Below are positions 55,651 through 64,000 of a DNA stretch of 64,000 nucleotides, one piece after another. The translations under genes were made by a program, and so were the position numbers. Below the pieces are notes generated by a model. That model worked only from the letters and a program-made list of their open reading frames with translations. It made no database searches and was not told where the DNA came from. This DNA is from Elusimicrobiota bacterium (GTDB lineage: Bacteria > Elusimicrobiota > Elusimicrobia > UBA1565), in the NCBI GenBank assembly GCA_043827405.1, contig JBDRPD010000066.1, forward strand, positions 32,001 through 96,000. The letters run 5' to 3'. How positions within the stretch are numbered: the stretch's first letter is position 1; each line of letters opens with the position of its first letter.

Positions 55651-57048
55651 ATGGATAAGGTGAAGGTTCTGGTCGTCGGCGGCGGCCCGGGAGGGTACGC
55701 CGCCGCCTTTTTGGCGGCGGATCTCGGGCTGGAGACGGTTCTCGTCGATTGCGAGGCGAATCCGGGCGGGGTCTGTCTGTATCGGGGGTGTATCCCATCC
55801 AAGGCGCTGCTGCATGCCGCACGCATTATCACCGAAGCCAAAGATGCCGCGGCCATCGGGCTGGCTTTCTCCGCTCCCGCGGTGGATGTCGACAAGCTGC
55901 GGTCCTGGAAGGACGGGATCGTGCGCCGGTTGACCGGCGGCCTCGGCATGCTCGCCAAGCAGCGCAAAATCCGGTTGATTCAAGGGCGGGCGAAGTTCAT
56001 CGACCCTCATACGGTCGAGATCGACGGCCATGGTAAGCTCGGCTTCGAACATGCGATCGTCGCCACCGGCTCGCGGCCGGCTCCGCTCCCGGGCATCCAG
56101 CTCGAATCGGAACGCCTGTGGGACTCCAGCGATGCTCTGGCATTGAAGAATATCCCGCAAAGCCTGCTCGTCATTGGCGGCGGTTATATCGGCCTCGAGA
56201 TGGGAACGCTCTACGCCGCCTTGGGAACCCGGGTCACAACGGTGGAGATGCTTCCTGCGCTGCTGCCGGGGGCGGACAAGGATTTAGTGGATATCCTTTC
56301 CCGCCGCGTCAGGAAAAACTTCGAAGCGGTTTTTTTGGCGTCCAAGGTGGCCGCTATTGAGGAGGCACCGGACGGGCTCAAGGTCCTCTTCGAAGGCCGG
56401 CCCGAGCAGCTATTCGAAAACGTTCTCGTTGCCGTAGGGCGCAAACCCAACTCCGCAGGCTTGGGGCTCGAGAATACGAAAGTCGGAATCGACGAGCGCG
56501 GCTTCATTGTCGCCGACGACCAGGCTCGGACCGCCGAGCCGTCCATTTTCGCGATCGGCGATGTCGCGGGGGAGCCGATGCTGGCGCATAAAGCGTCCCA
56601 TGAGGGACGCGCCGCCGTGCGCGTGATCGCGGGGGAAGACGTTCGTTTCGCTCCCAAAGCTATCCCGGGCGTGGTCTTTACTGATCCGGAAGCGGCCTGG
56701 TGCGGCCTGACTGAAGCGCAGGCGGCGAAGGATGAGCGCAGGATTGAAGTGCTGCGCTTCCCCTGGGCGGCCTCGGGGCGGGCGCTGACCCTCAACCGCA
56801 CCGACGGGATGACCAAGCTTATTGTTGAGCCCGGCAGCGGAACGGTGCTCGGTGCCGGCATTGTCGGGGCCGGCGCGGGCGATCTTATCGCCGAGGCGGC
56901 GCTGGCGGTGGAGGCCGGAATCACGGCCAAAGAATTGGCGCATGTGATTCATGCCCATCCGACAACCTCCGAAACGCTCATGGAAGCGGCCGAAATCCTG
57001 AGCGGCACCTGCACCCATATCTATCGTCCTAAACACGCCCAGAGGTAG
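55651..57048 (+). CDS. lpdA: Dihydrolipoamide dehydrogenase
   Basis: GGGPGG, GGVCLYRGCIPSK, GGGYIGLE, HAHPTTSE. Confidence 0.95.
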   Translation: MDKVKVLVVGGGPGGYAAAFLAADLGLETVLVDCEANPGGVCLYRGCIPSKALLHAARIITEAKDAAAIGLAFSAPAVDVDKLRSWKDGIVRRLTGGLGMLAKQRKIRLIQGRAKFIDPHTVEIDGHGKLGFEHAIVATGSRPAPLPGIQLESERLWDSSDALALKNIPQSLLVIGGGYIGLEMGTLYAALGTRVTTVEMLPALLPGADKDLVDILSRRVRKNFEAVFLASKVAAIEEAPDGLKVLFEGRPEQLFENVLVAVGRKPNSAGLGLENTKVGIDERGFIVADDQARTAEPSIFAIGDVAGEPMLAHKASHEGRAAVRVIAGEDVRFAPKAIPGVVFTDPEAAWCGLTEAQAAKDERRIEVLRFPWAASGRALTLNRTDGMTKLIVEPGSGTVLGAGIVGAGAGDLIAEAALAVEAGITAKELAHVIHAHPTTSETLMEAAEILSGTCTHIYRPKHAQR

Positions 57049-57052
57049 TTCC

Positions 57053-59056
57053 ATGCGTATCGGTATTGGCCTGAGCCGCGACAAGGACTGCGCGCGCGCG
57101 GCGGCGGCGGCGATAGACGAGGCGCTCAAGGCCGTCCCCGAGCCGGACCTGGCCCTGGTCTACGCATCGTACCATCGCGATCATGAGAAGGTCATGGAAG
57201 CGATCCGGGCCAAGGTCGATCCGGACGTGCTTCTCGGGGGCTCGTCCTACGCCGAGATAACAACGGCCGGCGTCACCAAGGGCAGCATCGCGGCGCTCCT
57301 CCTCTCGTTCGACGGCGCCGCCGTCCGCGTGGCCGACGTTGCAGCGGAACCGGTCCCGTACGAAACGGGAAAGGCCCTGGCCGCGAAGTTCCTGGACTGG
57401 CGGCCGCGGGCCGGCAGCTTCCCGCTCGGCCTCATGTCCACGAACTTCGCGACCGGCCGCGAGAACGACCTTCTCAAGGCGCTGCGGGAGCGTCTGGAGA
57501 AAGCCCCGGTCTTCGGCGGCATGTCCTGCGGCGACTACGAGGCGGGGAGCATGCATCCCGACTTCTGGAAGAGCTATCAGTACTGCCGGGACGGGCTCAG
57601 GGAGAAGTCGGCGCGCCTGGCGCTTCTCGAGCTGCCGGCGGAGGACTACCGCGCCGGCTTCGGCTTCGCGCACGGCTGGCAGCCGGTCGGCCCCGTGGTC
57701 GAGCTTACCCGCTGCGAGCACAACAAAGTCTACGCGGTCGGGGGCGTGCCGGTCATCGACTACTACCGGCAGTTCATCAGCCGCGAGGAGAGCGAGGAGT
57801 TCTTCGAGCGGGACTTCCAGCGTTACGCCTTCTCGATGCTTCTCGACCAGAATAGCGCGGTCCGCTCGGTGATGAAGGTTCCGGTCGCCGTCGACTTCGA
57901 AAAAGGCTGCATCACCTATTTCCCGGCCGAGGACATGCAGGGCCGCAAGGTGCAGATGATCCTCTCCAGCCGCCGCAGCGCGATCAAGGGCGCGCGCGCC
58001 GCCGCCGTCCACGCCAAGGAGTCTTTGGACGGCATGGCGCCGGCCCTCGTCCTCATCGTCAGCTGCTGCACGCGCAACGCCATCCTCCACAGTCGCATGG
58101 CCAAGGAAGTCGACGCCGTGCGCGAGGTGTTCGGCCGGGACGTCCCCGTATTCGGCTTCTACTCCGCCGGTGAGATCGTGCCGTTCTTGAGCCGCTACGA
58201 GGACGTCGTCGATCCAAAGCAGGAGTTTTCCGGCTCGCATTCACACGCCACGACGATCGGAGTTCTGGCTCTCGGGGCGAAGAATCCGGCGCTCGCGGGC
58301 GTGCCGGACGCCGGCGAGAACGCCGAGAAGGATGCCGCCTATCTGCGGGGCCTGCTGGAGAAGAGCGAAGAGATCCTCGACAACACCGAGAGCTTCATGG
58401 CCAACCTCAGCCGCAAGTCCTACCAGGACAGCGAGCAGATTCAGAAGCAGAACGAGATCATCCACCGCTACACGCCGCACGACGTCTGGAAGCAGATCGG
58501 CGATAACGTATCGCGCGGCGACTACGAGCTCCACGACGACGAATTCAACGGCTGCTTTCTGTTTATGGACGTAAAGGGATTTACGTCGTACAGTGAGGAG
58601 CATGGTTCAAACGAAGTCGTCTGCGCGCTAAACGAGATTTTCAAGCCCGCTACCGAGGCGATCTATGAGTGCGGCGGCGACGTCGATAAATATATCGGGG
58701 ACTGCATCTTCGCCGCCTTTCGTGACCTGGACGCGGGAGTGGAGGCGGGGCTCAGGATTCAGCGGCTGTTCGCGGTTCTTAAGGAACAAGGGAACCCCTT
58801 TACCGTGCGGGTCGGCATCAACGCGGGGCGAGCGGTGCGGGCCAACGTGGGGGGAACCGAACGGCGGGAGTATACCTTCATCGGCGACGCGGTCAATACG
58901 GCGCAGCGGCTGGAGTCGAACTGTACGCCGGGGAAGCTTTTGATCGCCGAAGAGCTCTACCTCAGAGGAAAGGAGAGATTTTCCGCAGCCGAGCGGCGGG
59001 AGATCATGGTTAAGGGAAAAAAGAAGCCGGTGGCGGCGTATGAGGTGTCGGCCTAA
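57053..59056 (+). CDS. FIST (NosP-like) domain fused to class III adenylate cyclase
   Basis: FIST-N/C motifs (VFGG, HGWQP, SCCTR, FGFYSAGEI); FMDVKGFT, DKYIGD, YTFIGDAVNTAQRLE. Confidence 0.9.
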   Translation: MRIGIGLSRDKDCARAAAAAIDEALKAVPEPDLALVYASYHRDHEKVMEAIRAKVDPDVLLGGSSYAEITTAGVTKGSIAALLLSFDGAAVRVADVAAEPVPYETGKALAAKFLDWRPRAGSFPLGLMSTNFATGRENDLLKALRERLEKAPVFGGMSCGDYEAGSMHPDFWKSYQYCRDGLREKSARLALLELPAEDYRAGFGFAHGWQPVGPVVELTRCEHNKVYAVGGVPVIDYYRQFISREESEEFFERDFQRYAFSMLLDQNSAVRSVMKVPVAVDFEKGCITYFPAEDMQGRKVQMILSSRRSAIKGARAAAVHAKESLDGMAPALVLIVSCCTRNAILHSRMAKEVDAVREVFGRDVPVFGFYSAGEIVPFLSRYEDVVDPKQEFSGSHSHATTIGVLALGAKNPALAGVPDAGENAEKDAAYLRGLLEKSEEILDNTESFMANLSRKSYQDSEQIQKQNEIIHRYTPHDVWKQIGDNVSRGDYELHDDEFNGCFLFMDVKGFTSYSEEHGSNEVVCALNEIFKPATEAIYECGGDVDKYIGDCIFAAFRDLDAGVEAGLRIQRLFAVLKEQGNPFTVRVGINAGRAVRANVGGTERREYTFIGDAVNTAQRLESNCTPGKLLIAEELYLRGKERFSAAERREIMVKGKKKPVAAYEVSA

Positions 59057-59084
59057 AGCCCTAAATATTGTAAAATCAAGCATT

Positions 59085-59121
59085 GCCGAGATAGCTCAAC
59101 GGTAGAGCAATCGCTTCGTAA
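59085..59121 (+). tRNA. 5' half of tRNA-Thr(CGT), truncated at the anticodon loop (probable att junction)
   Basis: GCCGAGA-TA-GCTC-AACGGTA-GAGC-A-ATCGC-TTCGTAA; the expected GCGAT and T-arm are absent; TAAAAT -10 at 59071. Confidence 0.82.
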
Positions 59122-59275
59122 TCCTTCCTCTAGATCTATCCTCTCTCTCACCGCCCGACGTAGGATCGTTTACTCGACGGAGAGATAGAAAAACGTTGAG
59201 TTGGCTCTTGTTACTGCTCTATGGGGGAGTGAGGTCGTTTTGAGCTTAGGAGTGGACACTTTTTGGGCACTTGGG

Positions 59276-61273
59276 TTAGAATCTTTTCTCGATCAGTTTC
59301 TTCTGCCAGTTGGTTATCGCATCTTTGCTGAAGTCTTCTGCTCCAAATAGCGGCAGTATGCGCATAATGAACCTATTAGAGATGCCTTCCCAGGACTCTC
59401 GTAGGTCGGTAATGTCGATATCTTCTTTGAGGACTATTTGTGGTTCCTGAGCGATATAGTCTCCTCTGAAGTCGATCCCAGGGTCGAGGCAGACAAGATT
59501 TCGGTTTCCGGTTCCGTTGAGTGTTAGGCTCACGTGCACTCCGTCGATAAGAGGCTGTTCTCCGTAATATTGTTTTAAGAAGAGGAAAATTTCCGTAGTC
59601 TCCCAAATCAAATAGATGTAGGAGAGAATCCGTCGCCCCTGCTCATCTCTTTTATTTTCTAGATCTTCCCAGAAGATTCTTTTCCATACGAACAGTCCGC
59701 TTTGATAAGCGCGATAGCCTTCTATGTAGCGCTCCCAGGTCGTTTTGGACTGGTAGCCCTTTAAAAAATAACTTGAGGTTTCTTTATCGGTGTGGGGGAA
59801 GTTCCAGCCCCGGAGACTGACTTCTGACGCGCTTACCAACCGTTTCACGTCTCTCGGGTCCGGCAGTCGCTCAGCTTTGTACCTCGTCGGGTGGGAGAGA
59901 ACTTCCCAGCCGCCAAAGTGCATAAATTTACTAGCGACCTCTGCATAAAGAAAATCGTCCGCAGCTTTGGTTTCTGCCACATACTTCGCCGCCGATTCTT
60001 CTATGGAATCGACAGTTTTGGGCTGTGCGGCCTCGCTCAAGCGTTCGGTAAGATGCTTGGTTGTAATCTCGATTCCTTTTGCTATTTCCCGGATGCTCTT
60101 TTTCGCACCGAACTCAGGAACAAAGGTCTTCTCTCGTTTTTTGACAGCCATGAGGAGAGCCTCTCCCAGATCGTTGCAGATACCTAAGACGGCCTTGACC
60201 CCGACATCGGCTTCTTCTGCGAGCCTTTCCCAGTGCCGCTTCATGATCCAGTTCGGACGGTTCTCTCCGCCGATTTTCATCGCCAACTTCTTGGAAAGTT
60301 CGGGATAAACCACGGTAGACATCAGATCGTAGAATGGCGCGAGACGTATGCCGTCGCGCGTGATTAGTATGGATGCATTTTTTGCATGGGCATCGCAGTT
60401 CCCGATAAGGTAATTGAAGACGACCCAGCGGAGAAGATTCCGCTTATCTATGATCGGCTCGGAGCTGCGCTCCTCTAGTAAGGTAAAACATTCTTTTAGT
60501 CCAGGGCCTCCGGCAGATTCATATTTTTGATCGTGGTTGTATCCGAGAGCTTGGCAGAAATCCTCCTGATGTAGGCGAATGGGGGATCCAGCGGCCAGCG
60601 TGCGATCATAGCGTTCGACTTGAAGCGCTCGAATCTTGCCTCCTCGAATATCAACCTTCGGTACGGGCAAGGCACATTCTCTCGCGAGCATCATGCAGAA
60701 GGCCTCATTTTCGACTGTGTCAGTATAATCTGGAATCGTTGGTTTTAAGATATGTGAACTTGAAAATGCGCCCTTTGGCAGGAAGATGGAACCATCCTTT
60801 ACGTAGACGGGTAATTTGTGTTGCGCTCCGGCCAAAGATAGACGTAGGCCATCTTTGCCTGCAATCAATGCTCTCCGAGGCATTGCCTCGATCATATGGT
60901 CGAGAACTTCTTCGGAGAGTTCCTCGTAACTGCCATCTTCCTCGGGGGGGAGTCCGTCGGGCAGGAGGGACAACGCGCCGGCGCACTCTCCTCCCAATTC
61001 TTCCAGGAGCTTAAAGTCGTTTGTTGTTGAAACGCCGATATTCTTTGCGATCATGTCCCGAATGTCAGCTTCAGGCAGGAGGTTGGTAAAGAAAGGTTTA
61101 GAGACGTCGGTTTCGAATGGTTCCGCTTGAAGTGGCAGCCTGAGTGAAATCGGAAGCGCTTCCGGTGATGAAACCCAATCGGAATCGTACTGAAAGATGA
61201 AAGCCCTTTTATCCGTGAGCCACAGGCGACCGACTTTTTGCTGAGCCCAATAAACGTTGAGTAGGTTATTCAT
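59276..61273 (-). CDS. hipA: HipA-family kinase toxin with ~245-aa C-terminal fusion domain
   Basis: FFTNLLPE, SLAGAQHK, HILKP, ERYDR, HQEDFCQ, IGNCDAHAKN, LAPFYD; extra domain after ~aa 420. Confidence 0.92.
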   Translation of the reverse strand: MNNLLNVYWAQQKVGRLWLTDKRAFIFQYDSDWVSSPEALPISLRLPLQAEPFETDVSKPFFTNLLPEADIRDMIAKNIGVSTTNDFKLLEELGGECAGALSLLPDGLPPEEDGSYEELSEEVLDHMIEAMPRRALIAGKDGLRLSLAGAQHKLPVYVKDGSIFLPKGAFSSSHILKPTIPDYTDTVENEAFCMMLARECALPVPKVDIRGGKIRALQVERYDRTLAAGSPIRLHQEDFCQALGYNHDQKYESAGGPGLKECFTLLEERSSEPIIDKRNLLRWVVFNYLIGNCDAHAKNASILITRDGIRLAPFYDLMSTVVYPELSKKLAMKIGGENRPNWIMKRHWERLAEEADVGVKAVLGICNDLGEALLMAVKKREKTFVPEFGAKKSIREIAKGIEITTKHLTERLSEAAQPKTVDSIEESAAKYVAETKAADDFLYAEVASKFMHFGGWEVLSHPTRYKAERLPDPRDVKRLVSASEVSLRGWNFPHTDKETSSYFLKGYQSKTTWERYIEGYRAYQSGLFVWKRIFWEDLENKRDEQGRRILSYIYLIWETTEIFLFLKQYYGEQPLIDGVHVSLTLNGTGNRNLVCLDPGIDFRGDYIAQEPQIVLKEDIDITDLRESWEGISNRFIMRILPLFGAEDFSKDAITNWQKKLIEKRF

Positions 61274-61535
61274 TCGTTAGAGTCTTTTTCTTTAGCTGTA
61301 CAACTAGGCCGAAGGCACGGAGAACCTGCATTGTTTTTCCAAGGTGGATGCTGGACTTTCCGTTCTCTAAATCGGAAAGAAACCGAGTGCCCACCTTGCA
61401 CATCGAGGCGGCTTCGATTTGAGACAAGCCAGCCGATTTTCTCGTTTGCCGGACTATTGCTCCAATTTCAGCAGGTAGCTTGACAATGATTGCGGATATA
61501 GTTTTTTTGGGCCCTGTTTGGTTTCTGTCAGCCAT
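61266..61535 (-). CDS. hipB: HipB-like XRE HTH antitoxin
   Basis: RKSAGLSQIEAA..VGTRFLSDLENGK; overlaps the hipA start. Confidence 0.9.
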   Translation of the reverse strand: MADRNQTGPKKTISAIIVKLPAEIGAIVRQTRKSAGLSQIEAASMCKVGTRFLSDLENGKSSIHLGKTMQVLRAFGLVVQLKKKTLTNE

Positions 61536-61538
61536 TTC

Positions 61539-61654
61539 ATTCCCGTACGGTATTATTTAACTGTTTTATAAATAAAATGAACTATTTATTCCCGTTCGGT
61601 AATATTATATCCAGGAATGGAGAAAAGTCAATGGATATTCCCGAACGGTAATAT
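61539..61654 (-). promoter_or_regulatory. hipBA promoter with three operator repeats, 49-bp period
   Basis: ATTCCCGWWCGGTAWTAT at 61539, 61588, 61637; minus-strand TTGACT-16 bp-TATAAT (61631-61604). Confidence 0.85.
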
Positions 61655-61706
61655 CTGTTGAGATAGGTGATACTAGTTCAGTCTTGACAAGAAGAATGCA
61701 GTACTG

Positions 61707-61887
61707 CGGTTTAACCTAAATTTCCACGAACTTATCTGACGCTCAACATTCGTAGCCCTGGCAGAAGCCGAGGTCATCATTACGGCATTCGGGAGGGAGT
61801 TCAACGACGAACGGCCGCACAGCTCACTCGGCACAACGCCGTCTCTGTTTGCGGCCCGGCATCAATCTGGATTTTGGGGCAGGGTCG
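61707..61887 (+). pseudogene. IS3-family transposase C-terminal remnant with degraded right end
   Basis: Manual translation RFNLNFHELI*RSTFVALAEAEVIITAFGREFNDERPHSSLGTTP; followed by TGGATTTTGGGGCAGGGTC resembling an IS3 right IR. Confidence 0.75.
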
Positions 61888-62046
61888 GGGGGCTTCGTGA
61901 TCGCCTGTCGCCATTGGCCCAATTGCCAGGGGAGACGTTGATCGCAGCCGCGTAGCTAGAAGAACTGCCATATTGTACTTAAGAATTATACATGTTATAC
62001 TAGCTTAAGTAACCACGCCGCCGGACGCCTCACCCAGGAGCAAACC

Positions 62047-63975
62047 ATGACCTTCGGCATCGGTAAGCGCGCGGACGCAGAGATCCGTAAGCTCGACTGC
62101 GCCATCGAGCAGGCCCCTTACGGCATACTTATAACCGACCGCAAGGGCGACATCGAGTACGCCAACGCCATGTTCACTAAAATATCCGGCTATACCCTCA
62201 AGGAGATCGTCGGCAAGAACCCGCGCATTCTCAAGTCCGGCAGACAGGACGGCGATTTTTATATCGGGCTGTGGGAGACGATTTGCGCCGGCAAGAGCTG
62301 GCAAGGGGAACTCCAGAATAAGAGGGAAAACGGTGAACTATATTGGGAACGCATGACCATCTCGCCGGTCAAAGATGTCGCCGGCGCGGTCACGCATTTC
62401 GTGGCCATGAAGGAGGATGTCACCAAACTAAAACAAGCCGAGCGCGAACTCGTGCAGGCGGGCGTCTACCTCGACGTCATGGGCGACGCCTTGGTCGCAT
62501 TAACTCTGGACGCCAAGATAACGAAGGTCAATAGGGCGTTCCGCGACCTCTGGGGCTATACGTCCAAGGAGGTGCGCGGCGTGTCCGCCTGGTCCCTCTT
62601 CCCCGAGGCGGAGCGGACCAAGCTCGAAGCGATGATGGCGGAAAACCTGAAGGAACCGGCCGTGAAGAAGCGGCTCGAGAGCGCGGCGCTGAGAAAGGAC
62701 GGCACTACGATCCCGGTCCTGCTCACCGGCTCGGTGATATCGGATCCGCGCAACGGCCCGACAGGCTATCTCGGGGTGTTTCGCGACATAACCCAGCTCA
62801 AGGAGGCTGAGGAGGCGCTGCGGCGCTCGGAGCAGCAGTTCCGTCAAGCGCAAAAGATGGATGCCATCGGCCGGCTGGCCGGCGGCGTCGCCCACGACTT
62901 CAACAACATCCTGACGGCGATCCTCGGCAACTGCGCCTTCCTGCTGCAGACGCACGTAAAAGACGTCCAAATGATAGAGGATGTCAATGCGATCAAAGCG
63001 GACGCGGAGCGCGCGGCTCAGCTGACGAGGCAGCTCTTAGCTTTCAGCCGCAAGCAGCCGCATCAACCCAAGGTTTTGGACCTCAACGCCGTCATCGGAA
63101 ATATGGACAAGCTGCTGCGGCGGCTGGTGCGAGAGGATATCGAGCTGATCACATTGCCTCGGATCGGGCTGGGCAGCGTTCTGGCCGATCTCGCCCAGGT
63201 CGAGCAGGTGATCATGAATCTTGTGGTCAACGCCCGCGACGCTATGCCGGATGGTGGGAAGTTGAGCGTCGAAACCGCCAACTGCGAGCTCGACGAGGAC
63301 TATAGCTGCAAACATTTTGAAAGTCGCCCGGGCCCTCACGTCGTGCTCTCGGTCAGCGACAACGGCTGCGGCATGAACGAGGAGACGCTGAGCCAGATAT
63401 TCGAGCCGTTCTTCACCACCAAGGAGCAAGGCAAGGGCACGGGGCTTGGACTGGCCGCGGTCTACGGCATCGTCAAGCAGAGCGGCGGCAGCATAGAGGT
63501 CTATAGCGAGCTGGGGCACGGGACCACGTTTAAGATCTACCTGCCGCGCGTGGACGAAAGCGCGGAAGCGCTCCGGCGGCCGTCGGTGCCGGCGCGTCTG
63601 GATCGAGGTACGGAGACGGTCCTGCTCGCAGAGGACAACGACCAGGTGCGGAGAATGGCCGCGCGGGCGCTGCGGGAGCAGGGCTACGATGTCCTGGAGG
63701 CGCGCGACGGCATGGAGGTGCTGCAGATCAGCGAGACGCATACGGGATGCATCCATCTTCTGCTGACGGACATCATCATGCCTAAGCTGAAGGGGCCCGA
63801 ATTAGCCAAGCGTTTGCGTTCATATCGTCCGGGTTTGAAGGTGTTGTTTCTGTCCGGCTACGCCGAAGGTTCCGCGACGCATAACGGCCTGCTCAGCGGC
63901 GATATCGAGTTTCTTGCCAAACCATACACCCCGGAAGTCCTGCTGCAGACCGTGCGCCGGATACTAGACAGCTAG
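62047..63975 (+). CDS. PAS-PAS hybrid histidine kinase/response regulator (CckA-like architecture)
   Basis: Two PAS/PAC domains, [35 protein letters not shown], receiver LLTDIIMP. Confidence 0.95.
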   Translation: MTFGIGKRADAEIRKLDCAIEQAPYGILITDRKGDIEYANAMFTKISGYTLKEIVGKNPRILKSGRQDGDFYIGLWETICAGKSWQGELQNKRENGELYWERMTISPVKDVAGAVTHFVAMKEDVTKLKQAERELVQAGVYLDVMGDALVALTLDAKITKVNRAFRDLWGYTSKEVRGVSAWSLFPEAERTKLEAMMAENLKEPAVKKRLESAALRKDGTTIPVLLTGSVISDPRNGPTGYLGVFRDITQLKEAEEALRRSEQQFRQAQKMDAIGRLAGGVAHDFNNILTAILGNCAFLLQTHVKDVQMIEDVNAIKADAERAAQLTRQLLAFSRKQPHQPKVLDLNAVIGNMDKLLRRLVREDIELITLPRIGLGSVLADLAQVEQVIMNLVVNARDAMPDGGKLSVETANCELDEDYSCKHFESRPGPHVVLSVSDNGCGMNEETLSQIFEPFFTTKEQGKGTGLGLAAVYGIVKQSGGSIEVYSELGHGTTFKIYLPRVDESAEALRRPSVPARLDRGTETVLLAEDNDQVRRMAARALREQGYDVLEARDGMEVLQISETHTGCIHLLLTDIIMPKLKGPELAKRLRSYRPGLKVLFLSGYAEGSATHNGLLSGDIEFLAKPYTPEVLLQTVRRILDS

Positions 63976-64000
63976 AAGATACGAGCGCTTTTCGGCCGCT

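Larger units (their letters stand above)
59122..61900. mobile_element. Lower-GC genomic island (right boundary unresolved; may extend past the window)
   Basis: Begins at the broken tRNA; GC drop (27/60 at 59581-59640); hipBA; IS3 remnant; TGGACACTT/TGGGCACTT direct repeat at 59253/59264. Confidence 0.65.

Noticed and set aside
59122..59200. Group I/II intron continuing the tRNA-Thr
   Set aside because: No recognisable intron boundary or core motifs, and no 3' exon found; protein genes follow on the opposite strand
61539..61654. Mini CRISPR array (18-bp repeats, 31-bp spacers)
   Set aside because: Repeats are too short and only three, spacers contain promoter elements, no cas genes; better explained as HipB operators

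Overview
This is a high-GC bacterial chromosomal window. The protein style (PorV-family barrel, FlgD/T9SS-CTD-like protein, orphan type IV pilin, long Ala/Gly-rich N-terminal leaders) suggests Elusimicrobiota, which is an unverified inference. Housekeeping content: glgA, thyA-folA, htpG, serA, orn, a complete Na+-NQR operon (nqrA-F, apbE, plus an nqrM missed by the ORF track), tRNA methyltransferases, a hopanoid cluster (shc-hpnH-hpnA-hpnG-ispA), a LplT-Aas fusion, and a PFOR-lpdA-FIST/adenylate cyclase operon behind a perfect FNR box. The window ends in a lower-GC island that starts at a tRNA-Thr(CGT) truncated in its anticodon loop and carries hipBA (HipA with an extra ~245-aa domain), an IS3 remnant and a hybrid kinase. 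The most interesting signals are four. (1) Three unrelated proteins (glycogen synthase, an HD + kinase-like protein, a tandem-MscS protein) share a signal peptide + 'QAA...G(S/G)AGA' + low-complexity leader, and two of them share a 23-bp-periodic upstream palindrome array placed identically relative to the -10 box; this is a candidate undescribed export/effector regulon. (2) A CTD-like/PorV/two phage-fibre-like adhesin locus has nine HxH motifs per fibre and low-GC divergent tips. (3) The HipA fusion sits in a tRNA-anchored island. (4) Many genes appear to be leaderless.
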